Source of the DNA: Camelus dromedarius
Lineage: Eukaryota
Assembly: GCF_036321535.1 (NCBI RefSeq)
Contig: NC_087436.1
Coordinates: 67,024,001-67,088,000 of the forward strand
DNA: 64,000 nucleotides
Reading direction: 5' to 3'
The notes below the pieces were generated by a model that worked only from the letters and a program-made list of their open reading frames with translations, was not told the DNA's origin and did not search any database. Position 1 is the first letter of the stretch, and every line of letters begins with the position of its first letter. Of this stretch, positions 24,912 to 38,292 are shown in pieces. The translations under genes and the position numbers were made by a program.

Positions 24912-25818
24912 ATACACAATTCATACTCACACATACATACACAGAGGATAAACTATACTGGTGTCCCAGCTAAGAAAAATGAATGACTAATGACTAGAAA
25001 ACAAATACTTTTTCAGGTGTTTTCCAACTCAGATTTTTCAACAGAACTGAAGGAGAACCAACTTTAGTTGTCAGATGACAGATTATTAAATAGTTTTAAA
25101 TGAGAAATCAGCTTGGTGATTTTTGGTGCAAATCTCAGAAGGGGTTCAAAAAACTGAGTAATATGCTTATAACAAGTCTGTCTGAATCTATTTACTTATA
25201 TGAACATAATTTCTTTATACTCAAAACTATTTTTAATAAAAAATAAAAGAATGGAATGGATGTTGAACTCTGTATTATTCTCAAAATAAATAATATTCAT
25301 CCATGGATATATGATAGAAGATCTTTAATCAATTTGTGTTACATTTAAATGTAGTAAAGATATGCCAATCTAAAATAATTTTTAACATTTATTGTCTTAT
25401 TGTCATAGGAAATTATAAAACGATTTTCAATTTAAGCACATATATTATTTTAGAGAAATAATAAAAGACTTTCAACAAAAGACTTAAGTGTATTATATAC
25501 ATTCGAGTAAAATTCTGTGGAGGAATTGGGAGTGAACATTATCTAAAGAAGTAAAGACCACACAGTATTATGCTTGTTCATGTATTTCTTTTAAATTAGT
25601 AATATTGTGTTTCAAATCATTATTACATTTAGATCTCACTGGATGTAATTAAAAGACTGACATAACCTGTCCATTTTAAAATGGCAATATAGTGAGGCAA
25701 ATTTTCAAAATTTTAGCTATTTAACTGTCAACCTGAAACTTTCTTGAAAATACTTCTTTTAGTCTAAATTATTATAGGGGATATATGAGGAAAAAATACT
25801 TCTAAGAGACACTGCTTT
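24621..25818 (+). mobile_element. hAT-Charlie DNA transposon fossil, internally deleted
   Basis: Starts CAGTTGTTTTCAA and ends ...agagacaCTG (hAT-like termini). Positions 25020-25310 read as a decayed hAT C-terminal dimerisation region (gatttttgg, tctatttacttatatgaaca, gatgttgaactctgtattattctc...aatattcatcca). Confidence 0.55.
24868..24942. repeat. (CA)n microsatellite with degenerate tail
   Basis: About 19 perfect CA units followed by interrupted CA/TA. Confidence 0.95.
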
Positions 25819-25919
25819 AACCAAGCACTATCATTATACCATCAGCCTATATCAGAAGTTAATATTTTTGAATGGTAAGATTCAGTCAGATTTTAGCTGG
25901 TAGGTAACAATGTCCTGGT

Positions 25920-26005
25920 AGGAGAGAGGAGGAGCGATGGAGAGAAAGAGAAAGAGAGCGTGAGACAGGCAGAGACAGAGAGAGAGAGAGAATAAATATG
26001 AGAGA
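25920..26005. repeat. GA-rich low-complexity tract
   Basis: ggagagaggaggagcgatggagagaaagagaaagagagcgtgagacaggcagagacagagagagagagag. Confidence 0.8.
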
Positions 26006-26989
26006 AATGACAAGAGGGTTTTTAGATTTGATGTTAAACCAATAGTTATTTATAGGCTTAATTACTCATATGCCTGAATGCAACCAAAAATAGTTCTGTA
26101 TAGTGTCTACCTAATAGATTATGTGTTTGAGGATAGTCTTCTATGTCAAAGTGAACTTTTTAGGAAACATAATTGCTTCATTATAATTATTATTATTACT
26201 AATACTACTTTTAATGTTACTACATAGATGTTTAGGGCATAAGGAAACTGACCAATTTTTCATGGGTCATTATAGGCCACAGTCTATAGGTCAAATTTGT
26301 AAGGCTGTGTGTGATTTTCTTATCCCTTCTGCATATGCTGACAATGATTACACTATCTTTAAAAAACATTATTTTTTATTTGTAAAATCTTGCTTTCATT
26401 GATGCTTCCAAATAGTCCTAGGTAGCAAATTGCTATTTTCATAATATATTTTCTCCGCCTTAAATTAAGAGGAAAACTTCATTTTAAGCTCTCATTGTTT
26501 CTAAAATAAAATCATAGATGCATAACATATATTGCATTTTAGAATAAGGACATAATGAACCAGCATTATTCACTTAGAGAATATGGAAAAAATAAATGAT
26601 TAAAAATAATTCCATTATCCAAATGCCATGATCTACATTGCTGTACTCTATGACTGGGTAGGAAATCAGAAAATAAGAAATTTAATTCAAAAGGTATTCT
26701 TTTAATAAAAGATAGAACATTTTGTTATGAAGACTTTGCCCCAATGGTGTTTACTGAAAAACATTTTGATGAGACAATTTTTATATTTACTTTAATAGAA
26801 ATATTAAAATAAGAACAATAGCATTGATGATATTGGATGTTTTATGTTTTCTCTGTGCTATCTACTTTATATATGCTATTATTTCTTCTAATATGTATAT
26901 TCTTTTGACATTTCCTTTGTGCTTCCTACTTTTATCTAATATGCATGCATCTCTATGTTTTCTCTATTTTGTTTTTCTTCCTGTTCACA

Positions 26990-27353
26990 CAACTTGACTG
27001 TATATTTCAGGCTCCTTTTCAGTGATGTGTGGCCACTTGACTTAGGTCTGACTAAGTGAATAGGAAATAATCAGCTCCCCTTTCTGTGATAGACAATAAA
27101 CACATTTCCCTTCTCAAGATGCCTAGGCTAAGCTCTTGCCATCAGTTGGCTGAAAGGAGAGGAATTCAAGGACTTAGAGGCTAGCAAGACCATGGTCTGG
27201 AAGGATCCTGGGAGTCCAGATGACTGTGGAGAGCAGGACCCCCATGATGGTCTGTCCCCTCTATGATGTAAGTGAGAAATAAACCAATTGTTTAAAACCA
27301 GTAAGATTTAGCAGTTTGCCTGTGAAATCAGTTAGCCTACTCTGGCTGATATA
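26990..27353 (+). mobile_element. MaLR LTR remnant (old MLT1-type)
   Basis: tgtggccacttgactta...ggaaggatcctgggagtcc..atgactgtggagagcag...gtgagaaataaacc..tgtttaaaacca..agattta...ctggctgatata. Confidence 0.6.
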
Positions 27354-27699
27354 TCATGTTGTGGATGCCTCTGAGCCACTGGTTAAGTAATACAACCTTA
27401 CCTTAGGTGCTCATCATATCAAACCATCCTTCTTCTCATTGCCAGGATAAATTTTATATCAAAGAGCTATGCTATTATAGTTCCCATTATGACCTTAACT
27501 CCCTCAATATTTTAATGTTTGTTTTATTCACTTCCTTTTTCATGATTTCCTCATTTTGGAGTCCCTGCCTTTTCCTCTCTCTACACAAATCTCAACTTCT
27601 AGATTCTGGTCAAGTTCTGCACCCTCTCTAATTCTTTCCTGACTATCCCCATCCTTTTTTCGTGGTAGGCCCTCCTCCAAAAAACCCAGTCCCATCTCC

Positions 27700-28146
27700 T
27701 ATCATAAGACCCCTACTCACATTGTTCTCCTCCCTGCTTTTTTTCTGATACACCAAGCTCATTTATCTTAGTGCTTCTACATTTATTTATCCTATTCCTG
27801 AAACTCTCTTAACCATAGTTTTCACCCTTATTCCACTCAGATCCCTTACTTTGTGACATTTCTTAGAATGGATTTCCCTGACTGTCCGTTTAAAATAGTT
27901 CTCCCAAAGGCTGTCACTCTGCAACCTCCTTATTTTGCTATATTTTTCCTCATATTTGCAATCTTATCTGATATTTGATGTATGTGTTTATTTGTTCATT
28001 TTTTGTTCCCATCCCTAGAAAGTAAGCTTGCCTGGAGTAGGGGATTGGTCTATCCTACAATCTGTGTCTAGCACCTAGAACAGTGCCTGACATATAATTG
28101 GGGCTCAGTAAGTATCTGTTCAATGAAGAGATGAATGAATCAATGA
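27700..28146 (+). mobile_element. L2 3' end remnant
   Basis: ctagaaagtaagcttgcctggagtagggatt...cctagaacagtgcctgacatataattggggctcagtaagtatctgttcaatgaa..gaatgaat is the L2 3' terminus. Confidence 0.8.
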
Positions 28147-29399
28147 AGCACTCTTCTAAAATTTTTTATTAATGCTAGTTAAAACCTAAACCACTTTTGT
28201 ATCTTTCATAAGCATTGCCTCATTTGAGCCTCTCTTTCTCCTTCCCTCATGATTTCTCTTTCACATATTTGATTATTTAGAGATGAACACAATGAAATTC
28301 AAAAGTACACTGTTATAAAACTGCAGTAGTAGAAGCAGAATCCATGTCTTTTTACTCTGGACCCTGAATGATTACCACAATGATATATATACACCATCAG
28401 ATAGTATGGGGGTTGAGTCTTAAATATAATATGTAATTATTACCTCTTTAGTATTTGCCCATTATGTTAATATGTACTTCCTATAACTACATTGTAACCT
28501 TGTTGAAAGAAAAGATCATATCTTAATATTATACTAAGAGTTTGCATTTGCTCTTATATTTCCATTGATTTACTCATTTATTTGGTTCAGAGAATAAATT
28601 CCTTGTAGCTTAACATAGTTATTATTTAAAATTTTTACTTTAAATATAACATGATTCCTTGATTACATGCCACATATGTTCTACATATTAAGAACTATTT
28701 CCTAGCCTTTGTTTAATTAAAATGCACACATAATGAAACAATGGCAGTGATTTAATGTTCAGTGGACAGCAATAAAAACTCAAAGCTCTTACTTGTTCTT
28801 TGGCATATTTACTTAGTCTGAAGTGAATACTGTTTAAATAAATTCATTGAATAAATGCATGACTAAACAGAATTTTGTCATGTCTTTTCTTTTTTTGAGC
28901 GACACACCATGTGCCACAAAATGCTGCTACCTTTCACACATTGGGTGGCTTTCATTTATATTTAGACATATTTTTTTCTCATGCAAAATGTTCTCAGATA
29001 GTTGTAAAGCAGTAAGAATAATTTAACATGATGGTAATAATTTACGCTGCACTTCTTAAACAAAGAATATGCAGTTTTTCCTCCATTAAGTCATGCAAGT
29101 TATGTATAGGGTTTGCATCAAAATATGCTTGCATTGAAACACAATAAAAAGCTCTCCTAGGGATTGGCCTGTTTGAGATTTCTTATATATTTTTACACTC
29201 TGCTTTTGGATTGCAGAGTCACGTGCTTTTTGATTCTTAGGGATGGTTTCTCTAGCTTTTGCCAGGAGAGTGCTAAAACTTTTAACCATTCAAGATGTTT
29301 TCTAATCACCTTTTGAAAAAGAAAAGGTGACTATACATTTCCTTAATCTTTGATTTCCATCATTAATTGCACTTGAGATATTTTCCACTGAATCAGAAA

Positions 29400-29675
29400 C
29401 TTATTCTCAGATCAGTTTTTCTGAAGTAACACCCTCTGCTGCCACTTTTATACCTACATTCTCCTTTACTTCTCTTCATAGCACTTATGCCACCTGATTT
29501 ATATTAACTGTTTTATTTTCTTTTTCTCTGCCTTCTTTTCCTAGGACGATAAACTGCATGAAACCAGGCACTCCTGTCACTGCTTTTTAAAAAAATTATT
29601 TCATGCTTGTGTCCCAGCACATGGTATGATCTATCAACATTTTTTGGAATGAATAGATGAATACATGACTGAATT
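29400..29675 (+). mobile_element. L2 3' end remnant
   Basis: tcttcatagcacttatgccacctga...taaactgcatgaaaccagg...tttttggaatgaatagatgaa. Confidence 0.6.
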
Positions 29676-30849
29676 CATGTTTCATTTCTAATTCATTGTG
29701 TTTCAGTAGAAGTATCTGGCACAAAATATTAACTATATTGAATCTACTGAGTTTCAAAAAGATTCATTACACTTTTATGCTATTTCAATCCAAAATGAAA
29801 GCTAAGTTATACATATTTTTTAAAATGATACAAAGTATACCATAAACTTGTTCTCCAATTATTTAATTGTATAATCTTGAAATTTAACTATAAGTGAATC
29901 AATTAACTCATTTTTACTATTCTTTAAAGTCACATGTCATAGTTTATTCCTGTTTTATCACATACATTTCTGGCAAAGATGACTTGAATTCTCATTTAGA
30001 AACACTGGCAACTTATTTCAAAATAGTCTATTAGTTCTTCTCTAGTTAGATGTGTGAGACACAGAAATAGAACATTGTGTGATGGAACAGATGCTGTGAG
30101 TTTATATGAGGATGCTGATGACAGATGCCACCTTACAGCATTAGCCAATAAATTTAATAGTGACTATTACACTACTTACAATTACTCAAATGAGCTAGGC
30201 TATGGGCAATCCCAACTGCACAATCTCACTCTTGTATTATGGATATAATAAATACTCAAAATTGATTTACAAGGAAATAATAAAAAATTATTTTAAGGCA
30301 GGTACCATGAATCATCTCAGGTTTTTATTTAGGGAAGTGCTTTATACTCTATGAATAAACTAAAAACTAAAAGAGAAACTAAGAACAAAATTTATTCAGT
30401 TCAGAATTCATTGGAGATAGTTAAGTAACTTTGAAGATTAAACCAAGGACACATTTTCCAATAGAGGAGATATTAGTTATAATAGAAGTATAGTCACTAG
30501 GATTATTGTCCCCCTTTTTTTGAACAACTAACAAATATGAATAGTTAAAATCCTATTACAATTAATTGGATGGAATGTTCAATTATTTTGTCAGTGAGGA
30601 ATTATGTTTTATCTTACATCACTGAAAATAAATGTCTGTTTCACTTCAAGTAGTTTTGTTTATATAGAGTATAGTGGTATTTATCATAGGACACTTTTGA
30701 ATCTGTGTATGTAAAATCATTAAAATGAAAATCAGTCAATATATTTTAGTCATCTTACAGTCCTGCCAGAATTCAATTTCACTAGGTTTTCTATCTCTAT
30801 CATTGATTATTTCAGCAACAGAGGTAACAGAAATGCACAAATTATATTT

Positions 30850-31637
30850 GCCTTGTTCCAGTATGTCAGGATTAAGTGGCTCTAAACATGATTCAGAGAG
30901 AAGAACCTGGATATAGAGAATGTATGTGAGAAGTGACCCCAGGAAGTGCAAACAAGAAAGTGTGAAGCAGGGAAAAGAAGCTTGGGTTAATGATATTACT
31001 GCTGTAGGCTATGGGCACTTAGCCTTCTAAGGACCCTCTGGAAAACTATATGCAACAGGCTTCAGGACAATCCCTTGAGAAATGGGAAATCTTGCTATTA
31101 TTCATTGACCATCCTGTTCCCCTTTGTTTCAGTGTTAACCTTAACCAAGGGACATTAACTCCTTAAAACTTACAAGTTGTTCGTAATTGCATCCAAGCAA
31201 GATCTTAGGTACAGATAAAAGTCTTCAACAGTACTATATTGTATTCTTAAAATTTACCTAAAGGGTAGATCTTATGTTAAATGCTCTTATGATTATGCAT
31301 ATACAGAATCACCATCATCATCATCATCATCAAGGGGATGGGAGGAAACTTTGGGAAGTAAGGGATCCATCTATGGCATTAATAGTGGTCAGTAATGATT
31401 TCATAGGTATATACTTATCTTCAAACTCAAGGTGTTGTATACATTAAATACATACAGCATCTTACGTGTCAATCATAACTCAATCAAGTGATTTAAAAAA
31501 AAATATCCTCAGAAGACAAAAGGAAAGAAAGTCCTTAATGCAAAATGAAAGGCCAAAGGTAGGCTGGAAACTAAACTGCTGGTAAACTCAGTTGGGGCGA
31601 GAATATATGGGATGAGGATTTAATGGCATCTACTACA
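30850..31637 (-). mobile_element. ERVL LTR (LTR33-like), interrupted by an L1 fragment
   Basis: gagaagtgaccccaggaagtgc...gcagggaaaagaagc..ttactgctgtaggctatggg...ggaccctctggaaa; ends gcatctactaca (TGTAG.. on the minus strand). Confidence 0.55.
31228..31503 (+). mobile_element. L1MA/MB-type 3' UTR fragment nested in the LTR
   Basis: tactatattgtattcttaaaatttacctaaagggtagatctta...ggaggaaactttgggaagtaaggg...ttgtatacattaaata...tgtcaatcataactcaatcaagtgatttaaaaaaaaa. Confidence 0.8.
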
Positions 31638-33977
31638 GAGATTTTTGTCTTTTGTGTCATGCATCAAAATTAATGACTGCATGTGTATGTGAATGTGTGT
31701 GTTGTGTAATCTGTGTGTTTGTGTATAATTTAATTTTGCTTTAATGCAAACACTTATTGAAGACCTAAAAATTATTGCTAGTAAGTTTCCAGAAATTAAT
31801 GAGTTCAACACAAATGGTAGCATATGAGACTAGCTCTTGATATGCTAATTTTACTACTACTAATTTAACATTTTATTTTTATTATAGAAGTGCAATACTT
31901 GTATATAACGGTCTCTTAAAAATTAAGTTATTGGAAACGTCATCACTGAATATAAAGGTAGTTTTTAACGTTTTGTGTTCCCTAAATTTTTCTCCCCAAA
32001 ATTCCTCATGAAGAATTTCTTCTTTTAAAATAAGCAGGATTAAAATCAAATTAATTTAATAGCCTTGTATCTTAATATCAAAAACTAGATTTTTATTTTC
32101 TAGTATAGAGTTTAGAATATATTTTTAGTTTCCTATATTTACCTCGAGACAGATCTCTTTTTCTCATCTTTTCATTTCTCTATTTTTATTTTTTTGGTTA
32201 TGTCAGGCGTCAGGGAGAAAAGAAAAAAAATAACTTGCTACATTTCTTTGGAGCAAAAAAGAATCAGTATAGCTTGAACTGTGTCCAGATCAGCTTTCTG
32301 CCATCTCTAGAATACTTGCAGTCTAAGTTCATATAAATGCCACTGAATGAAGGGAAAAGGTCAGGAGTAAGCTTGGGGCTGCCCCTTTGTTCAACTTTCA
32401 GTCATGCTAATCTGTATACAGGCCTATCCCTTGAGGCCTCAAGCTCTTCCTTGAAATTCTCTGCTTCTGTTTCATTCATTTTTAGTGAAAGAATATTCTC
32501 TGAAACTCTAGGATATATTGAAGGTCAGAGGCAAAGCTAAACAGGTAATGCCTGTAATAGACACAAATTAACTTATGAGCCATAGGACTTTCCTCATATC
32601 TCTTTCTTTCTTTTAAATCAAAAATACAAAGAAAAAAGTATCTATATTCTTTCTAGTTCCTCACAATCAACAGGATAATCACTTTCTCTAAACAATATCA
32701 AAGCTTCCAATCAAATGATCAAAACTTAATAGAATTTTTGAAAAATTATCTGTAGCTCCTAAAAACACACTAGAGATCTGAGTTTCTGTTATAGATGTGT
32801 ACATGTCCAGATGATCCCTTTCTTATTGCTGTCAGTCCACATTGAGTGTTATATTATTTTTAAAACAAATCTTGTGTCCAAAGTGTATATGAAAAGAACT
32901 GAAAGAGATTCAAATATGATGTCAGCCAAGTAATCTGCAACTTGAAATTAAGTCTTCAAGAGCTAGACGTTCTGCCTAAAACAAGTAACAGCTAAAAGTA
33001 TGAGTCTGAGCCATAGTCCTTAGGGTCAGAGTTACAGAATTAAAGAACAAATACAAAATTGTCCAAGAAGTAGGAGGTGTGAAACAAGGATAAAATTAGC
33101 AAACAATTGGATAGGTAAAGATTAAATGAAGTGATACCTAGACTATAGGCAAGAAAGGACACACAGGGTTTACCACCTGCTTTTTTCAGTTATTGAACAT
33201 TGCTGATGCATCATCTTAAAATGGCAGCAAAATTGAGGTGGAAAATTTGGGAGATTCTGAATAATTCATGAAAGAATGTGGGAATTTTAGGAGTTTGAGA
33301 TTATTTAGAATGAACTGAAATAACAGTTTGACTTATAACCAGGGAATCTCTATCTCAGGAAGATTATACTTTTTCTACTTTTCTGGATGCCAACACTGAC
33401 TTTCCTAAAAGCACATCTCTTAAAAGTATTAACTGGAAATGAAGACTGAGTGGGGTTCTGTGCCTTTCTGATATTCAAAATTATAAGACCCGCTGTCTTT
33501 CCTTGAAGAATTGGGTTCAGTCAAGAATTTTTCTGCAGTACAGTGTTACTTTTACTCTTTTGGAAGAATACAATCCCTGCTCATAGCTTTTACTGCAAAA
33601 TTGTTTTTAAACTCTAAACAGTGGGTGCATAAGACAAGCAAGAAGGACAGTCAATAAGGTCCTCTTTGGGTTAAAATTTGAAGCCATTAACCTGTGGCCA
33701 TTTGAGTTGTCATAGCTTCTAGCTAAAAACTAACATATCATACTTCTTAATAAAGATTAAACATATCATTTGGAATGAGTAAACAGGAATAGTTTAACAA
33801 ATTAATAAGCAACACAACCAATAAAGAACAAAAAAATTAATGAACTTAAATGTGAAGATATATTTCAATGAGAAAAAAAGTTAGACTTAGTGGGGATGCC
33901 AAATGTGTGAAGCACAGCACTATTACATGAACGAATAGTATCATAACAGTAAAATAAAGGTTACTAGAACTCCAGAG

Positions 33978-34225
33978 AGGCACTGTGATGTAGGGGAAGA
34001 ACCAGCAGACCTGAGTTTAAATTCTACTCATCTTTTACTCATTAAGCAGTTTCAAGCAGTTTACTTTCAGAGTATAGATTTCCTGATCTGTAAAATGAGA
34101 TGGTAGGTAAGGGGTGAGGAACAAATTCTACAAGGGATAGTAATAATATGTTTTGAAGATTGACTGGAAAAAATATACGAGAATTCCTTGGAACAGTGAT
34201 TTTATACAGTAGGTTATTAGATGTT
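33978..34225 (+). mobile_element. MIR remnant
   Basis: cagacctgagtttaaattctactc...tttcctgatctgtaaaatgagatg...gaacagtgattttatacagtagg. Confidence 0.65.
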
Positions 34226-35493
34226 ATTCCTTTTTTCTATGCTAGAGAAGAATCGTAAATACTTACATTCTTTCATTAAATTATTAATTTCAGTAAATCT
34301 CATGAGATCAAATCATCTTAGAATTGTAAAGGTGTTCTTAAATTACTGGTAACAGTGACTTAAGTGGCAAACTGTGTTAACTAGTGTCAGCAGTAAATTA
34401 ATGTATTATCTTGATTATAGCAAACTATAGTATAAAATACATGAATTGATAGTAAAGGTAAAGATATATATAATGAAAGTTCTTTGCAGAAGAATGAAAA
34501 CTAATAAATGACAGAAAATGATAATCACCATTTTTATAACTTTCCATGTTACAATTCATTCAATCAGTACAATCAGTGGATGCTAAAACTACTGCATGAA
34601 ACTATATTAGAAAACAAGATATGAACAGGGTGCCCATTATCACTCCACATATTAATTACAAATTGGAAATTTTAAAAATACACCTTCTAAAGTGAACAAA
34701 CTCAAGATAATTCATAGAATTGCATCCTCATACCATGATATTCCTGGTTACTGCAATATTAAGTACTCAATATATCCTACTAAATATTCATCCCCAAAAT
34801 GTTTCATCTGAATCTTTTCTGGCCTCAAAGTCTAATGTTCACTCATAGGGAATAAAAGAATAAGGCTAACACCACCACAGGAAACATATTCAGAATGTGG
34901 GATATTCTCTAAAGTAACTGGCCTGAAATAGTTAATGTCATTAAAAAATGAGAAGATTGTTTCATATTGGGACAAGACTGTAAAGGTAAGGGAGTATATC
35001 TATCTTACCCAATATATAAAATTTTATATTATTAATAATAGAATCTTTAAAAATTCTGGAGCAGAGAATTGACATAGTTGTGCTTTTTCAGAAATATCAC
35101 TCTTACAGCTATATGGAAAAATGATAGATTCTATTGCAGTAGTGCTGTGAGAGAAGAGGCTTAGTTAAGTCTAAGTCACAAATAATTAAGATAATGAGAT
35201 TCTAGATTTAGTCCTTGATTAAATGTGATTTGCAAAGAAATGGTGAGTCAAACATCCTGAAATTGTGCCAGTCACCAAGACATTAATGTAGAGGTTGGCA
35301 CAGTCATAGTGAGAGATGACTTCCATTTGGGATTTTTATGCAAAAATTGCGATCAAGGTGGAGATGCCTCATGCCCAAGCGGAATTTGAGCATCAACAGC
35401 TTACAGATAATGGCTACAATTTCAGGTGGGAATTGAATCTTCTATGGGTATATAGAGCTAGAAGAGGGCTAAAAATAAAACTTTGTAGCATAT

Positions 35494-35983
35494 TGTGTTA
35501 AATTTTACTTGTTGCTTCTATAACAAATTGTCACAAATTTAGTGGCTTGAAACAGCACAAGTTTATTCTCAGAGTTCTGGAAGTCAGATGTCTGCAGTGA
35601 GTTTTACAGGATTAAAATCAAGTTGTATGCAGGGCTGGTTCCTTCTGGAGGTTCCAAGGAAGAATCTCCTTGCCTCTTCCAGCTTCTAGGTGCCACATAC
35701 ATTCCTTGGCTTGTGGCTGCATCACTCCAATTTCTGCTTCCCTCATCACATTTTCTTTCTTTCTCTGACACTCTTCTTCTGTAGTCAAATTTCCCTCTCC
35801 CTCCTTCTTATGCAGACATTTGTGATTACATTTAGCCCACCCAGGTAATCCAAAATAACATCTACATCTCAAAGTCTTCAACTTTAATCATATCTGCAAA
35901 GTTCCTTTTACCCTGTAAGGTAACATTCACAGGTTCTGTGAATTCAGATGTTGACATCTTGGGGAGACCTTTAGCCTACAACA
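35494..35983 (-). mobile_element. MaLR solo LTR (MLT1C-like), apparently full length
   Basis: TG...CA termini. ataacaaattgtcacaaatttagtggcttgaaacagcacaagtttattctc..gcagggctggttccttctggagg..cttgcctcttccagcttctagg..aatcatatctgcaaagt. Degenerate 5-bp TSD CATAT/CACAT. Confidence 0.88.
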
Positions 35984-36544
35984 CACATCAACACAAATTC
36001 ATAGGCTAAGATATTTTCTTTTTGAAGACTGATAATGGGGAGCCAGAGAAGTAAAGAAAAAGAAAGAAGGGGAAAAAAGGAGACATTTTGGCCATATTAA
36101 CCAAAGGAGGTAACTATAATAGAGCACTTTCCATACAGCTGCTGTTAGTCATTGCATATATGCTTCCTGACAATACTGATCACATTTTTTTTTGCAAAAT
36201 TCTTGGTAGATCTAAATTTAGTTAACTGAAAGTTTCTCTCATTTTTCACTAGCATTTCTAAGTAGAATTTATAGGCTGACCTTAGTTTCCTCTGCTCATA
36301 CTCAGCTTTGGAAACCTGCCTATACTCTTGAGATGCAGATCTTGGAACATGTTCCAGGATTTACTAGACTATTCAAGTATAGGCACTGACACTCCAATGA
36401 GACCACATGCATCCACATATGTTAATCATTTTGCTAATGACTACTGAATGGTTAGTAAGTGCCAAGTATATTAGAGACATAGTGTTCACTCTCATTAAAA
36501 TTTTACATTCTACAGAGCTTGACCAAAAACCATGGGACACACAT

Positions 36545-36740
36545 ACATAGGTATTCAATTCTAAGATGCCATTGATTGTAAAATACACAATTATTTTATG
36601 TAACACTAGGAAATTAAAGATTATATTATTGGACTATGCCACAACACCAAAATAATATTCCATTTATATTAAGATAAATCTCCAATTCCAGAGATATTAT
36701 ATGGTAGGAATTAATGTGTCCTGAAATTGATAAAATGTTG
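36545..36740. mobile_element. Possible Tc2/Kanga-type non-autonomous DNA transposon remnant
   Basis: attctaagatgccattgattgtaaaatacacaattattttatgtaacactagg at the left end and gtgtcctgaaattgataaaatg at the right end resemble Tc2-type termini. Confidence 0.45.
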
Positions 36741-38114
36741 CAGTTTAATATCTTTTGTATTGCTGTGCCCATATTAATTGAAGTAAGGGTATTAATGAAG
36801 TTTAACAGTACAGGAGATTTTTTTGAGTTCTACTCAAAGGGAAAGAAGTTATTAGGCCATGAAAAAAAAGGTTGTTTTTGTTTGTTTGATTACTTATCTG
36901 TTTTGTACTCTTGGCTATTGACTCAACGAGATATCAAACCAAAGAGAAGAGATATAAAAACTTAGATCTATACTTGATTCAGATCTAATCTCTAGAATTT
37001 AGACCTAGAGAATGAGAGAGTTGTAGCAATATACAACTGGACAAATGAGGACACTGAAGAATCAATATTACTTTTTATACTTGGCTTGGTTAGTTTCTTT
37101 GAGCTTTGAGTTGACTCTCACATAGGTTGAGTTGGCTAGACAACATTATTTGAACACTGGCTTGAAGGGTGAGAAAGTAGAAGACAAAACTCAGAGAAAA
37201 CCATTGACAAATACATGGAAGCATGAAAGAAAAGCCCTCTCTAGAAAATTTGAAGTATTTGATATTGTTGATACATACACTGTGTCAGGCCCTGTGGGGG
37301 TGCTCAATATTAATGACGTTACTCATCATGGCAAGTGCATACTGATGATTCACAGCCTTTGAAATGTCATATATTTGAAATCTATATATGTATGTATACA
37401 AAATATAAAATCATGCTTTTCAAATAAGCTTTGGAAAATGTAAAATAAAAGTTGAGTAGCCCCACTGCAGTCAGTGATGTTGAGCACATAGGAAACACCA
37501 AATTTACTTATTTATTTTGAAATTATCTTAGTAATTTACAATTTCAGAATGCAATATGATAATATATTTACAGGTAGTAGCAGGGGAGCTGGAACCAAAA
37601 CCTAGTCTCACTGGTTTCCAACATCTTAGCCCTTAAACTGTGACTTCTCAGGTCCAAATCCTAGAATCATCAATTTCAAGTCAACTCTGTTTAGGTAAAA
37701 GAGCAAAAAAGAAACCCAACTAAACAGAGTAGTAAAAGACACAAGATTATTTCTGTTAGAGGATTTATTAACCTAACACGACAAATTAATTAGATTTGAT
37801 AGTCTCTGTTTCACAGGAAGGAAATGAAAGAGATAGGGTTAGTTTCTATGAAAGGAGAATTTTCTCTTATGGATCTCACTATCATTATCATCAGCGTGCT
37901 TGTGAGTACTTACCAAGAACTGTTACACAGCAAACAATCAGGAAATAATTTAATGTTATATGTCAGGTAAGGTTCTCTGGGAGATACACTGAAACTACAG
38001 GAAGACATTAGGCAGGAAAAACAAAGAAAATGTTTAGATTGGTAGTACAAATGCTAATCCATTGTCAGAAAGGTCATGTTCACAGTCAACAACTGTTCAA
38101 ACAGAAGCTTAAAG

Positions 38115-38292
38115 CAAGACTCAGCTAACTTTTCTGTAAAGAGCCAGACAAAAATATTTCCAGCTTTGCGGTCCATATGGTCTGCACTGAAACTACTCAA
38201 GTCCTCCATTGTAGCATGAAAACAGCCATAGACCAAGTATGAATGGATGGGTGTGGCTTTGCTACAAAAAACTTCATTTAGAAAAACAAGGA
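38115..38292 (+). mobile_element. MER58A-like hAT-Charlie MITE
   Basis: aacttttctgtaaagagccagacaaaaatattt.cagctttgcggtccatatggtct..aactactcaa..ccattgtagcatgaaaacagccatagac..tgggtgtggct..aaaacttcatttagaaaaacaagg. Confidence 0.85.
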
